Source: Laetmonice hystrix (lineage: Eukaryota). From it: DNA of 64,000 bases. The position numbers and the translations under genes are program-made. The notes below the pieces were generated by a model. It saw only the letters and a list, made by a program, of their open reading frames with translations. It did no database searches and was not told the origin of the DNA. The DNA is taken from the NCBI GenBank assembly GCA_965235115.1, contig OZ249442.1, positions 6,448,001-6,512,000 on the forward strand. Direction: 5' to 3'. This document shows positions 51,701-62,299 of the stretch, in pieces; position 1 is the stretch's first letter, and the number at the start of each line of letters is the position of its first letter.

Positions 51701-52062
51701 CAGGAGTGCGGTTATACCCTGAGATATGTTCTCGAGATGAGTTCCGGCAAGTCCCGGAATCGTTGACCAGGTGCATTTGTTCGGTGACAGTCAGTTTAGG
51801 TGTTAGGAATCCGGGTGTTAGGAATGTCCGGCCCACAGGCCGTGACGTAAATGGTAGAACTGATCGTCTACCTGGGACAAAGGATTAAACCAATCATGGT
51901 TGTGTAGTTTGGGGACACATAAACTGATGACAGGTGTGGGACAGATTGCTCCAGGTTAGTGGGAGTGGCAGCCACTGTCTTCTGTTGGTTCGGTATACGT
52001 GAACGAATTAACCGCCTGAAGTGCTAGGAATGTCATCCTGAATCAAGATGTTAATATTGTGT

Positions 52063-52675
52063 ACCCGGACAGGTAGAGCTAGAGACAGGTAGAAACCACA
52101 CACCTCACGCCGCAAGGTAAAGTGGGGGTGTACCCGGACAGGTAGAGCTAGAGACAGGTAGAAACCACACACCTCACGCCAAGGTGGGAGTGTACCCGGA
52201 CAGGGAGAGCTAGAGACAGGTAGAAACCACAGTGGGTGTGTGGTGTATCCCCGGACAGGTAGAAACCACACACCCCACGCCGCCCTGACTGATGAGATTC
52301 AGGTGCCGCGTAGCATTCACGTGTTCCCCTCCATCATATACCTGACTGAGCATCACCTGACCCTGTCCCGCTGACCCGCTCCCAGCCCCCCACCACCACC
52401 CCACCGTATTATGATGGACTCCCAGCCCCCCCACTCAACCCCAACCCCACCCCCACCCCGGCGCAGCATCCCCGCCAACAATAGCCTGGCTATCAACAGG
52501 TAGTAGGCTATCAACAGGATATCAACAGGTAGTATCTCAGGGATGCTGATATCAACAGGTAGTATCTCAGGGATGCTGATATCAACAGGTAGTATCTCAG
52601 GGATGCTGATATCAACAGGTAGTATCTCAGGGATGCTGATATCAACAGGTAGTATCTCAGCGATGCTGATATCAC
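52063..52675. repeat. Two short tandem repeats: ~60-65 bp unit (52063-52270) and 30 bp unit (52495-52675)
   Basis: GTACCCGGACAGGTAGAGCTAGAGACAGGTAGAAACCAC x3; GATATCAACAGGTAGTATCTCAGGGATGCT x5. Confidence 0.88.
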
Positions 52676-52889
52676 CAAGACAGCCTGGCTGAGCTCATGT
52701 TGATTGAACGCCATCCAGGTCAAAGGTCACCGAGCCAATCTACATCAGTGGATCTGCCACTTGACACGGCCAAGTCGTGGCACGTTCAGTGTACAGGTAT
52801 GCAGCCAGGCACACTGGCAGATAACGTCTTCCCCCTGATCAAACAGAAAATCAAGTATTTGTCCCGCCTGCCGACTGGTGTGCACGCAA

Positions 52890-53003
52890 GACGCCGCCAC
52901 CTGATGACGTCATAACGTTAGCCGGCCGCGAGATGGCGCTGTCTGACACCAACCCAAACGTGGCGTTTCAAGGATGGCGTGGGTTGGATCCAGGCAGGTA
53001 ACC
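52890..53003 (+). promoter_or_regulatory. Candidate promoter/first exon for the RREB1-like gene
   Basis: CACCTG E-box (52898), perfect CRE TGACGTCA (52905-52912), two YY1-like GATGGCG motifs (52932, 52973) and a CAG|GTAACC donor at 52998 in CpG-rich sequence. Motif co-occurrence only. Confidence 0.3.
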
Positions 53004-53974
53004 TTGGCGACCAGGGCCGAGTTGATGAACAGTTTCAGGTCTCAGTGGACGCTCAGTGTGTGACGTAATCTGGGACGCCCGGCCAGCCGGCACAACGTCC
53101 CGACAATAGAGGGCCGTCGTGTGAGCCCAGCGCCAAGGAATGCCACATGGCCGATGGCTTGTTTGAGCTGAATGCCCACAGCATTATGGATGCTTGCAGT
53201 CAGCGCATACACAAAGCTTCGCCATAGTATCCTTGGGAAGTTTCCAAACCAGTCCTGGGACTTCCCGGATTGAACCGATCCAATGACGGCGTCTGGCGGC
53301 GTAGGTAAACGTGTGTGCTGAGTCATGAACCGTTCTCCTAGACAACATTGTACCTGACTTGATGGTTGTAGGAACTGATCCCACAGATGTCGTCAGAAGG
53401 TTCGTTTGTTGATATGATCAACTCTCAGAGTTGGCCTCCAGACCCGGATAATCATGTCGGTACCTGTCACGGCGTGTCAGATGTGTGTGTGTGTGGGGGG
53501 GGGGGGGGGTGCACGCGCGTCTGTGTCAGCTTTCTGTCATGTCAGCGTCTCAGTAACCTTGAAACGCCCACTAGACAGGTCACGGACGCTATCGGTGCGT
53601 AGATAAGATGATATTGACTGGAGGGGGAGGGGGCAGTCCACGGGAGACAGGGACGTCCCAATCTGACAGGGCTGACGGGTCTGGTGTGTGACTGAAGGAT
53701 TGTGTAAACTTGGTCTTTGGTTTCAATCAGCCAAGTCATTAGTTAAAGAAGATTTGTCCCAGACAAGGGTGGTAATGAGGATTAAATATGTTCAAATGAT
53801 CTGCGTTAATCCGGGAGGCGGGAGGCATGTTTTACGGGTTAAAACGACTTCTTAAAACAACTTCTCATGGTTTATTGTTTTTTTACGAGTAACGTGTGCA
53901 GTTTTACATATACATGTATATATATATGCTGATGTAAGTCTGTTCAGAATGACGACTTTGAAGGTAGATGTAGA

Positions 53975-54364
53975 TCTAAGTTAGTTGACCCTGAGATTCC
54001 CTGATGTAAGTTAGTTGACCCTGAGATTCCCTGATGTAAGTTAGTCGACCCTGAGATTCTCTGATGTAAGTTAGTCGACCCTGAGATTCTCTGATGTAAG
54101 TTAGTTGACCCTGAGATTCTCTGATGTAAGTTAGTTGACCCTGAGATTCCCTGGTGTAAGTTAGTTGACCCTGAGATTCTCTGATGTAAGTTAGTTGACC
54201 CTGAGATTCTCTGATGTAAGTTAGTTGACCCTGAGATTCCCTGATGTAGGTTAGTCGACCCTGAGATTCTCTGATGTAAGTTAATTGACCCTGAGATTCC
54301 CTGATGTAAGTTAGTTGACCCTGAGATTCTCTGATGTAAGTTAGTTGACCCTGAGATTCCCTGA
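53975..54364. repeat. Minisatellite, 30 bp unit, ~13 copies
   Basis: GATGTAAGTTAGTTGACCCTGAGATTCYCT. Confidence 0.95.
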
Positions 54365-54976
54365 CGGTCCGTTGGTTATCCACACCTGAGCACGGACCAC
54401 AGTTACCTGCCCCCCCCCCCCCCCCCATCTCCCGCTGGTCACAGGGACAATAAATGATTACGTAATGGTATCCACATAACTCGGTAGGTTGGTGGGCTGG
54501 TTGGCCCACTTACAGGTATAGGCCTCCGGGACCAGGACTACCCGCCTCCCGTACTGGCTACAGATAGACCCCCTCCCCCCTTTCTACATGGGTGTTTGTT
54601 TCGGTGGGGCCGGGCTGCAGGTAATTTTCTTCTGTCCGTATTCGTGATGGGTGAGTCAATATTAGGTGTGGGGAGGGGAGGGGTCTATTCAAGGGGGCCG
54701 CGGGTTCTGCCTGTAGATGTACTCATCACTTCTGGGTGGCCGAGGGCGGCATGGTATCTTCCTGGTCGTCTTCATCTCATTAAACCCCCCACAATATTAA
54801 AAGAAGGTGTGTGTTATTTTAGTGTTCTTTCCGTGTTGTTGTTGCCTGTGAGAGCGAACTCGGCGGTGGCGGGCACTGACTCAGTATTTGCTGATCGTGA
54901 CAGCGCCCTGCCCGCCACCCACCCACCCCGGTACCAGAGGCCTTCACTGACGGCCGCTGACATTCACCTGTTTCAG

Positions 54977-55062
54977 TGGTGCCCCCTGGTGGCAGTGGTC
55001 GCGAAGATCTCGTCACACTCGCGGATCGCGAGAACACTAACACGGACAACTTTAAGGAACAG
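54977..55062 (+). CDS. RREB1: Probable upstream coding exon of the RREB1-like gene (phase 1 to 0)
   Basis: Acceptor CACCTGTTTCAG| at 54976 and perfect donor CAG|GTGAGT at 55063. The open frame xVPPGGSGREDLVTLADRENTNTDNFKEQ ends in phase 0, matching the phase-0 start of exon 57167. An in-frame TGA at 54958-54960 limits the exon start. No homology evidence for this peptide. Confidence 0.55.
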
Positions 55063-56093
55063 GTGAGTAACAGTACATTTACTAATACATGTAGGCCTAG
55101 GTGGGTAGCAATACTTTTACTACATGTAGGCCTAGGTGAGTAACAGTACATTTACTTATACATGTAGGCCTAGGTGAGTAACAGTACAATTACTTATACA
55201 TGTAGGCCTTGGTAAGTAACAGTACATTTACTAATACATGTAGGCCTAGGTGAGTAACAATACTTTTACTACATGTAGGCCTAGGTGAGTAACAGTACAA
55301 TTACTTATACATGTAGGCCTAGGTGAGTAACAGTACATTTACTTATACATGTAGGCCTAGGTGAGTAACAGTACATTTACTTATACATGTAGGCCTAGGT
55401 GAGTAACAGTACAATTACTTATACATGTAGGCCTAGGTGAGTAACAGTACATTTACTAATACATGTAGGCCTAGGTGAGTAACAATACTTTTACTACATG
55501 TAGGCCTAGGTGAGTAACAGTACAATTACTTATACATGTAGGCCTAGGTGAGTAACAATACTTTTACTACATGTAGGCCTAGGTGAGTAACAGTACATTT
55601 ACTTATACATGTAGGCCTAGGTGAGTAACAGTACATTTACTTATACATGTAGGCCTAGGTGAGTAACAGTACATTTACTTATACATGTAGGCCTAGGTGA
55701 GTAACAGTACATTTACTTATACATGTAGGCCTAGGTGAGTAACAGTACATTTACTTATACATGTAGGCCTAGGTGAGTAACAGTACATTTACTTATACAT
55801 GTAGGCCTAGGTGAGTAACAGTACATTTACTTATACATGTAGGCCTAGGTGAGTAACAGTACATTTACTTATACATGTAGGCCTAGGTGAGTAACAGTAC
55901 ATTTACTTATACATGTAGGCCTAGGTGAGTAACAGTACATTTACTACATGTAGGCCTAGGTGAGTAACAGTACATTTACTTATACATGTAGGCCTAGGTG
56001 AGTAACAGTATATTTACTTATACATGTAGGCCTATAGGTGAGTAACAGTACATTTACATACGCCTAGGTGAGTAACAGTACATTTACTTATAC
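55063..56093. repeat. Minisatellite, ~38 bp unit, ~27 copies, starting exactly at a splice donor
   Basis: GTGAGTAACAGTACATTTACTTATACATGTAGGCCTAG. Confidence 0.97.
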
Positions 56094-56477
56094 ATGTAGA
56101 CCGACATTGGAGATGATGGCATGACCGAAACAGTCGTCAGAGGACGTTAATATTGTTGTGAAATAAAAGCGTTTTATAACTGGGCATGCTGTGCACTCGT
56201 GAGCTGGATTAGTATTGGCAGCGTTCCCGATATGTAGCGACATACTTACATAGAGGACGCTTGTATACATGTGTGTGAAACACACGCTCAAAGCTTTAAA
56301 AGTCGGTTGCCAGTTGTTTATCAGATTCTAACACATTAATGGATCATTTTGATCAGAGCTGCCTGTATACACAGGCCTATAGCCTACTTTCCGGGCTGTG
56401 AGGGTCGGCATGTCTGAAACCAAGGGAAGATCAGTCGTGTCATCTTAATCTAATCTGTAAATCTTAGAGGTGGATAT

Positions 56478-57127
56478 GTTACTAGGTCCTACGTCGGTCT
56501 ATATATAGGGGCCAGGGGCCTTATTCACAAAGGACACGCAAGACTTGCGGACTCGCAAACTATTATTAAACAGCCGGACAACAATAGTTTGCGAGTCCGC
56601 AAGTCTTGCGTGTGCTTTGTGAATCAGGCCCCAGGTCTGTATCTGTCGGTCTATATAGGGGCCAGGTCTCTATATCTGTCGGTCTATATAGGGGCCAGGT
56701 CTGTATCTGTCGGTCTATATAGGGGCCAGGTCTGTATCTGTCGGTCTATATGGGGCCAGGTCTACTGTATCTGTCGGTCTATATAGGGGCCAGGTCTGTA
56801 TCTGTCGGTCTATATAGGGGCCAGGTCTGTATCTGTCGGTCTATATAGGGGCCAGGTCCGTATCTGTCGGTCTATATAGGGGCCAGGTCTACTGTATCTG
56901 TCGGTCTATATAGGGGCCAGGTCTGTATCTGTCGGTCTATATAGGGGCCAGGTCTGTATCTGTCGGTCTATATAGGGGCCAGGTCCGTATCTGTCGGTCT
57001 ATATAGGGGCCAGGTCTACTGTATCTGTCGGTCTATATAGGGGACAGGTCTGTATCTGTCGTCTATATAGGGGCCAGGTCTGTATCTCTCGGTCTATATT
57101 AGGGCCAGGTCTGTATCTGTCGGCCTA
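56478..57127. repeat. Minisatellite, 31 bp unit, ~17 copies, interrupted by a MITE
   Basis: TCTGTATCTGTCGGTCTATATAGGGGCCAGG. Confidence 0.95.
56516..56631. mobile_element. PIF/Harbinger-type MITE inserted in the 31-bp minisatellite (RREB1 intron)
   Basis: ~49-bp TIR with 2 mismatches (GGGCCTKATTCACAAAGSACACGCAAGACTTGCGGACTCGCAAACTATT); TSD CAG. Removing it restores GGGGCCAGGTCTGTA. Confidence 0.88.
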
Positions 57128-57166
57128 TGTCCATCTTTTCTAACCCCTGATGTTAATTTTTATCAG

Positions 57167-57565
57167 GATTACGATGAGGAGTTGGACGATGATGACGAGT
57201 TCCGGCCTCTTGTAATCGATACCGAGGATGGAGGGGACAGGACCCCCAGCACACAGTCACGTGACAAAACTCTCCACATTCTTCATCATTCCAAAGACAT
57301 GGACTTATACCGGGAAAACAATCCTAGCGACACGGACGACCCGCCCGTGTCGCACGAAGGGACGCCACTCAAGTCGTTGGCGGTGTCACTGACACGATGT
57401 GCCGTGGATGGCGCCCTGGAGGCCAGTCTCAACGCTACTGGAGGAGACGACTCAAGTTGTCACTCCAGTCGTGTCAGTTCTCCAGCGCTCTCCATCACCT
57501 CCAGGTCAGCCACCAAACCAGGCAGACAGTCTCAGCCCTGCAAGGCTCGCCGGAAAACCGACAAG
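57167..57565 (+). CDS. RREB1: RREB1-like coding exon, acidic/Ser-rich N-terminal region (phase 0 to 0)
   Basis: TTAATTTTTATCAG| acceptor, 133 open codons (DYDEELDDDDEFRPLVIDTED...RRKTDK), AAG|GTAGG donor. Phase matches the next zinc-finger exon. Confidence 0.8.
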
Positions 57566-57636
57566 GTAGGCCGACACACTGCCAGTACACGTCCTATGAT
57601 ATTTCTTTAAAAAACAGTTTACGTCGTAGGCTATTA

Positions 57637-58446
57637 TAGAACTATAAGTGTTCGTACATGGATAGACCAGTCAGTATGGTAGGCCTGCAGCACCATCCTG
57701 TAAATCAAACAGTCTATAAGTGTTCGTACATGGATAGACCAGTCAGTATGGTAGGCCTACAGCACCATCATGTAAATCAAACAGTCTATAAGTGTTCGTA
57801 CATGGATAGACCAGTCAGTATGGTAGGCCTACAGCACCATCATGTAAATCAAACAGTCTATAAGTGTTCGTACATGGATAGGTCATTCAGTATGGTAGGC
57901 CTACAGCACCATCATGTAAACCAAACAGTTTATAAGTGTTCGTACATGGATAGGTCATTCAGTATGGTAGGCCTACAGCACCATCCTGTAAATCAAACAG
58001 TTTATAAGTGTTCGTACATGGATAGGTCATTCAGTATGGTAGGCCTACAGCACCATCCTGTAAATCAAACAGTTTATAAGTGTTCGTACATGGATAGGTC
58101 ATTCAGTATGGTAGGCCTACAGCACCATCCTGTAAATCAAACAGTTTATAAGTGTTCGTACATGGATAGGTCATTCAGTATGGTAGGCCTACAGCACCAT
58201 CCTGTAGGCTAAATCAAACAGTTTATAAGTGTTCGTACATGGATAGGTCATTCAGTATGGTAGGCCTACAGCACCATCCTGTAAATCAAACAGTCTATAA
58301 GTGTTCGTACATGGATAGGTCATTCAGTATGGTAGGCCTACAGCACCATCCTGTAAATCAAACAGTTTATAAGTGTTCGTACATGGATAGGTCATTCAGT
58401 ATGGTAGTTTATAAGTGTTCGTACATGGACAGACCAGTCAGTATGC
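57637..58446. repeat. Intronic minisatellite, 72 bp unit, ~11 copies
   Basis: ATAAGTGTTCGTACATGGATAG...CAGTATGGTAGGCCTACAGCACCATCCTGTAAATCAAACAGT; fills most of RREB1 intron 57566-58494. Confidence 0.96.
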
Positions 58447-58494
58447 TGATGCCTGCTCGTAGAATGATTACAATAGACTTTTATTTTTCAACAG

Positions 58495-58684
58495 ATTCTA
58501 CCGGTTGACGGTGAAAAGTACGTGTGTCCCGTCTGTAAGCAAGTTTTGCTGAACAATGGCGAATTGACCAAACATATCCGATCTCACAATACTAACACTC
58601 CGGTGGCGGCCAACACTTGCACCATCTGCAGCAAGGTTCTCAGTTCTCAGAGCTCCCTCGACCGACACATGCTTGTACACTCAG
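58495..58684 (+). CDS. RREB1: RREB1-like exon with C2H2 fingers 1-2 (phase 0 to 1)
   Basis: TTTTTCAACAG| acceptor; CPVCKQVLLNNGELTKHIRSH and CTICSKVLSSQSSLDRHMLVHS; G|GTAGGT donor. SSLDRHMLVHSGERP is the RREB1/hindsight N-terminal cluster signature. Confidence 0.93.
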
Positions 58685-58901
58685 GTAGGTCGAACCCCCT
58701 ACACCAATCTGTACACACGAGTATGGGTTATTTATCAGGAGTTTAAAAACCAGGCAAATATTCATAAATGCATGTAAATATTGTAAATTGCCTTGTATAA
58801 GCATGTCGGTGTTCTGTTGAATGGATTCCTATTGTTTTTATTTGTTTCATTTGTAAATTGAAATGATTGAATTTGTAATGAAAATAATGATTGACTTTCA
58901 G

Positions 58902-59356
58902 GGGAACGTCCATTTAAATGTAAAATATGCAACATGGCGTTTACAACCAACGGAAACATGCATCGGCATTCACGAATCCACGATAAGGAAATTGATGGCC
59001 AAAGTAAATTCATGCTCTCCAAAGAAAACGGCTGCTCCTCCCGCGGAAAGCCAAAGTCGAGAAAGTTGTCGTCGGACGCAGACTACGCGCAGCACGCGCC
59101 CCTTGCCATGTCCTCCTCAGGCAAGAAGAGAACGCCACCTGGCGGATCGCTGCTCAGTATCGGTGTGCCACCTGGCGACCTGAAGCGGAAGCTGGACTTT
59201 GACAGCTACACGTCGCCGTGTTCCAAACGGAGGTCACCACCCAACCCGAGCTGGGTGAAGGTCATGATGGAGGGTGGAGGTCAATCTATGTCAACCCCCA
59301 CCCTCCTGCCCTCCCCGATCACCGTCCTGGAGGGCAGACTTCCTCACCACAAACAG
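58902..59356 (+). CDS. RREB1: RREB1-like exon with C2H2 finger 3 (phase 1 to 0; 3' boundary less certain)
   Basis: TTGACTTTCAG| acceptor restores HSGERPFKCKICNMAFTTNGNMHRHSRIH, and FTTNGNMHRH is diagnostic of RREB1/Hnt. Best donor is CAG|GTGTGT at 59357; earlier GT sites near 59265-59281 cannot be excluded. Confidence 0.88.
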
Positions 59357-59606
59357 GTGTGTCTTACTTAGAGTTCTCTGAATGGGATCTCTAGGCCGAC
59401 TAGACCTATTTCAAAATGATCTTACAAGATCTCACTGTTTGAAAAAAAGAAAGGAAAATAGTTAAGCCAGTTAACATGTAGACTTAAAGGACGCTTGAAT
59501 TTGGTGTGTGTATAAATTAGGCTAAACGACGTCTAGGATCTCTCTTTCTATATAGATCTATACATGTACCTGCATGCGCTAAGTCGTTGTGATCTTGATG
59601 TTGAAG

Positions 59607-59836
59607 GAAGAGGATGATGATGAAGGGGATGATGTAGATGATGATGTAGACGATGATGATGATGATGATGACGTGAGTGAGGAGATGAAGGAACCACACT
59701 GTCCTGTCTGTAAGAAGACGTTTCTCTCTCAATACGGCCTCGACACTCACCTACAGGAAGATCCCACATGTAAACTTCACTCCCAGCTCAGCTCGGGTCT
59801 GTCGTACCGCGAGGACATCCTCAACCCGTACAGCCC
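59607..59836 (+). CDS. RREB1: RREB1-like exon with poly-Asp/Glu tract and degenerate finger (phase 0 to 2)
   Basis: Encodes EEDDDEGDD...PHCPVCKKTFLSQYGLDTHLQEDPTC..., resembling the RREB1 CPVCxKxFxxKYGLxTH finger. Donor CC|GTATGT at 59837 matches the phase of the next exon. The acceptor (TTGAAG|) is weak, so the 5' boundary is uncertain. Confidence 0.72.
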
Positions 59837-60537
59837 GTATGTATAATCTCTCACAATCTCACAATCTCACTGAATAACTTTGATTTGGATGGCACTCTTT
59901 GTTGTGGGATTATAAGATAGTTCACCATCTGGTAACAAAATGTGACAAGATATAATGGAAGACTCAGATAAGGTTGGAGAGATTAAAAAGGGAAAACGAC
60001 TTGTAAAGACGATAGAAAAGTGGGTTACCGATGTTTATGTTATAATGTTCTTCATCTACAAGCGGCTCTGTGGCCCGGTCAAGCACAGGTAGGAGGAGTT
60101 CTTCAACAATACCACCTCCTTGGCATCACTTGTTGTCGCTTCTCTTTACAACCTTCCTGTCTGTGTTTGGCTGTTCGTTACGTGGATAGCATGTCTTGTG
60201 TGGTATGCTCCTAGGTGTTGCTGCATTGTGGTAGATCTCTTGATATGATAGACCTACCACTTGTTTACATGTTGAATGATCCGCCCCCACAACGTCCAGT
60301 TAAAGTTGAATGTGTGTGTGTTTGGTACTTTCCGTATAGGCCGATATATGTTCTGATTGTACCCAGTTATTTTCGTCCTCGTGTTCCCATAATCATAGAA
60401 CTATTATCATGAAATCGATTAAAAAGTAGGAGCATGATTGAATGAACGTCAAAACTTGTACTCGATTTTTGTTATCTTTGAAAAGTTGTAGGGATGCGAC
60501 ATCCAAATAGGCTATAAGTTTTTGTTGTTGGTTCCAG

Positions 60538-61670
60538 TTTTAGTGACCCGCGCCGTGCCAAGGCCTATCACGACGTTACGCCCTCTGGCGGTGAGAATGG
60601 CGTGAGCAGCAGCAGTAGCAGCAGCAGCAGTCATGGCGTACAGCCAGACGTACCCGTTGGTTTCCACGAGCTTACCTTCGTTGACTTTACGTGTGAGAAG
60701 TTTCCTCTGGTATCACAGGCGTGGTGTGATAGTAACACACGCCGGGCGAGCAGCGTCTACCACGACTTCACGTGTCGAGTGTGTGAGAAGGCGTTCCCAT
60801 GTCAGACAGCACTCACCATCCACGAGAACAGTCATGGCCCCGAGAACCTCAACCATTGCCGGCTGTGTGACGCTAACTTTGAACACGTCGACGCCTACAA
60901 GGACCACATGATGTGTGAACATGTTGGTAAGACAGTCATCTCTCGCTGTGTGAACAAGGCGAACAGACTGTCCGAGGATGACCGGTCCGACCCGCAGGAC
61001 CTCATCTCCAAGGAGGAGTTCCTGGCGTGTATGAACCTGAGAGTTAAAAAGGACAAGTCCAAGGTTAACGACCAGATGGATTGTGACGAGGAGACGTCCA
61101 CACCCATCAAGCGATGCGAGGAGTTGAAGGACAATATGAGTTACTTCAAGACCCTCTACCAAATGTCCATGCCACTGAAGAACGGTTGTTCGCGGGCCGG
61201 ATCCCACTTCATGGTGCCCAAGACGGGCTCGGAGGGTCGGCTGCCCAAACCCGGGCCGGGCCGGGACAGCGGCGAGGGCCACGACTTCGCTGACATTCAG
61301 CAGATCATCACCAGATTCGGATCAGGAGGAAGTCTCATGCACATCAACTCTCCCTCGCTCAAACCCATGCCCAAACTACACCCCATCCTGCAACCATCAC
61401 CATCACAGCAGGCTCAAGCTCACTCCCAGCCACCGGCGCTCACAGCCATGGCCCCCCGACCGGAGCCATCCCGACACGCTCCCGGCACAGCCAAGTCATC
61501 CCGCATCCTTAACCCGAGCGGTATGAAGCTACCGGTCGTCGTGCCCAATGGACTCGTACCAATCCTGCCCAAGACTGACAGGGACGAAAGTCAGGGCAAC
61601 AACAATAGTACAGAGGTCCGCAAGTGTTGTTATTGTCCCGAGGTCTTCAATAACAGCCGTTCTTACAAAG
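60538..61670 (+). CDS. RREB1: RREB1-like large exon: conserved GFHELTFVDFTCEKFP block, two fingers and start of a third (phase 2 to 1)
   Basis: TTGTTGGTTCCAG| acceptor. GFHELTFVDFTCEKFPLVSQAWC corresponds to the RREB1 GFHDLxFxDFSxxKFPxIxQxWC motif. Fingers CRVCEKAFPCQTALTIHENSH, CRLCDANFEHVDAYKDHMMCEH and CCYCPEVFNNSRSYK; AAG|GTCAGC donor. Confidence 0.93.
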
Positions 61671-61900
61671 GTCAGCATTCTGGGTCAAACATGTCGACAA
61701 TTCTCATCAAATACACCTCCTCATGGAGACAAGAGGGGCCTTCATTCGCCTTTGTAAATTGTAATTGACATTGTTCCTAAGGTGGCCTGTTGCCGATTCT
61801 TTCACAAATACAACAATGATGTAATAGACCTATTGTTCGACTTTAACTTTGATTTCAGTCTGTAGGCTACTCCCTAACGTTGTGTTTGTAATTCGTACAG

Positions 61901-62078
61901 GCCATGTCCGTTCCCACCTCGGCCTGTCACCGTACAAGTGTAATCTGTGCCCATACTCGAGCGCCGACAAGAGCACTCTGATCCGCCATCTCCGGACTCA
62001 CAACGGTGAGCGACCCTTCCAGTGCCGTGTCTGTGAGTTCGCCTTCACCACCAAGGCCAACTGTGAGAGACATGTTAG
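61901..62078 (+). CDS. RREB1: RREB1-like exon with central zinc fingers (phase 1 to 2)
   Basis: TTCGTACAG| acceptor; [59 protein letters not shown]; AG|GTATGT donor. TKANCERH is an RREB1/Hnt signature. Confidence 0.95.
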
Positions 62079-62299
62079 GTATGTCACACAATTTGTCTTT
62101 TATCTCGGAATAGATCATTAGAAAATCAGCGGCGAATCAAGAATCCAGTTTTGATTGTATAATACTATAATTTTTCTAATTAAAAGAAGATTCCCCTCTT
62201 TACAAAAAGATCCGTGCTATAGTCGTACATTATGTTTCTACGTGACCTCACTGCCGGAGATACCAGCGCTGATAGTCTTGTAACTTGTGTCTGTTACAG

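Noticed and set aside
57658-58508. 24-aa repeat ORF in the RREB1 region
   Set aside because: It lies within the intron defined by phase-matched sites 57566/58494 and is just the 72-bp array.
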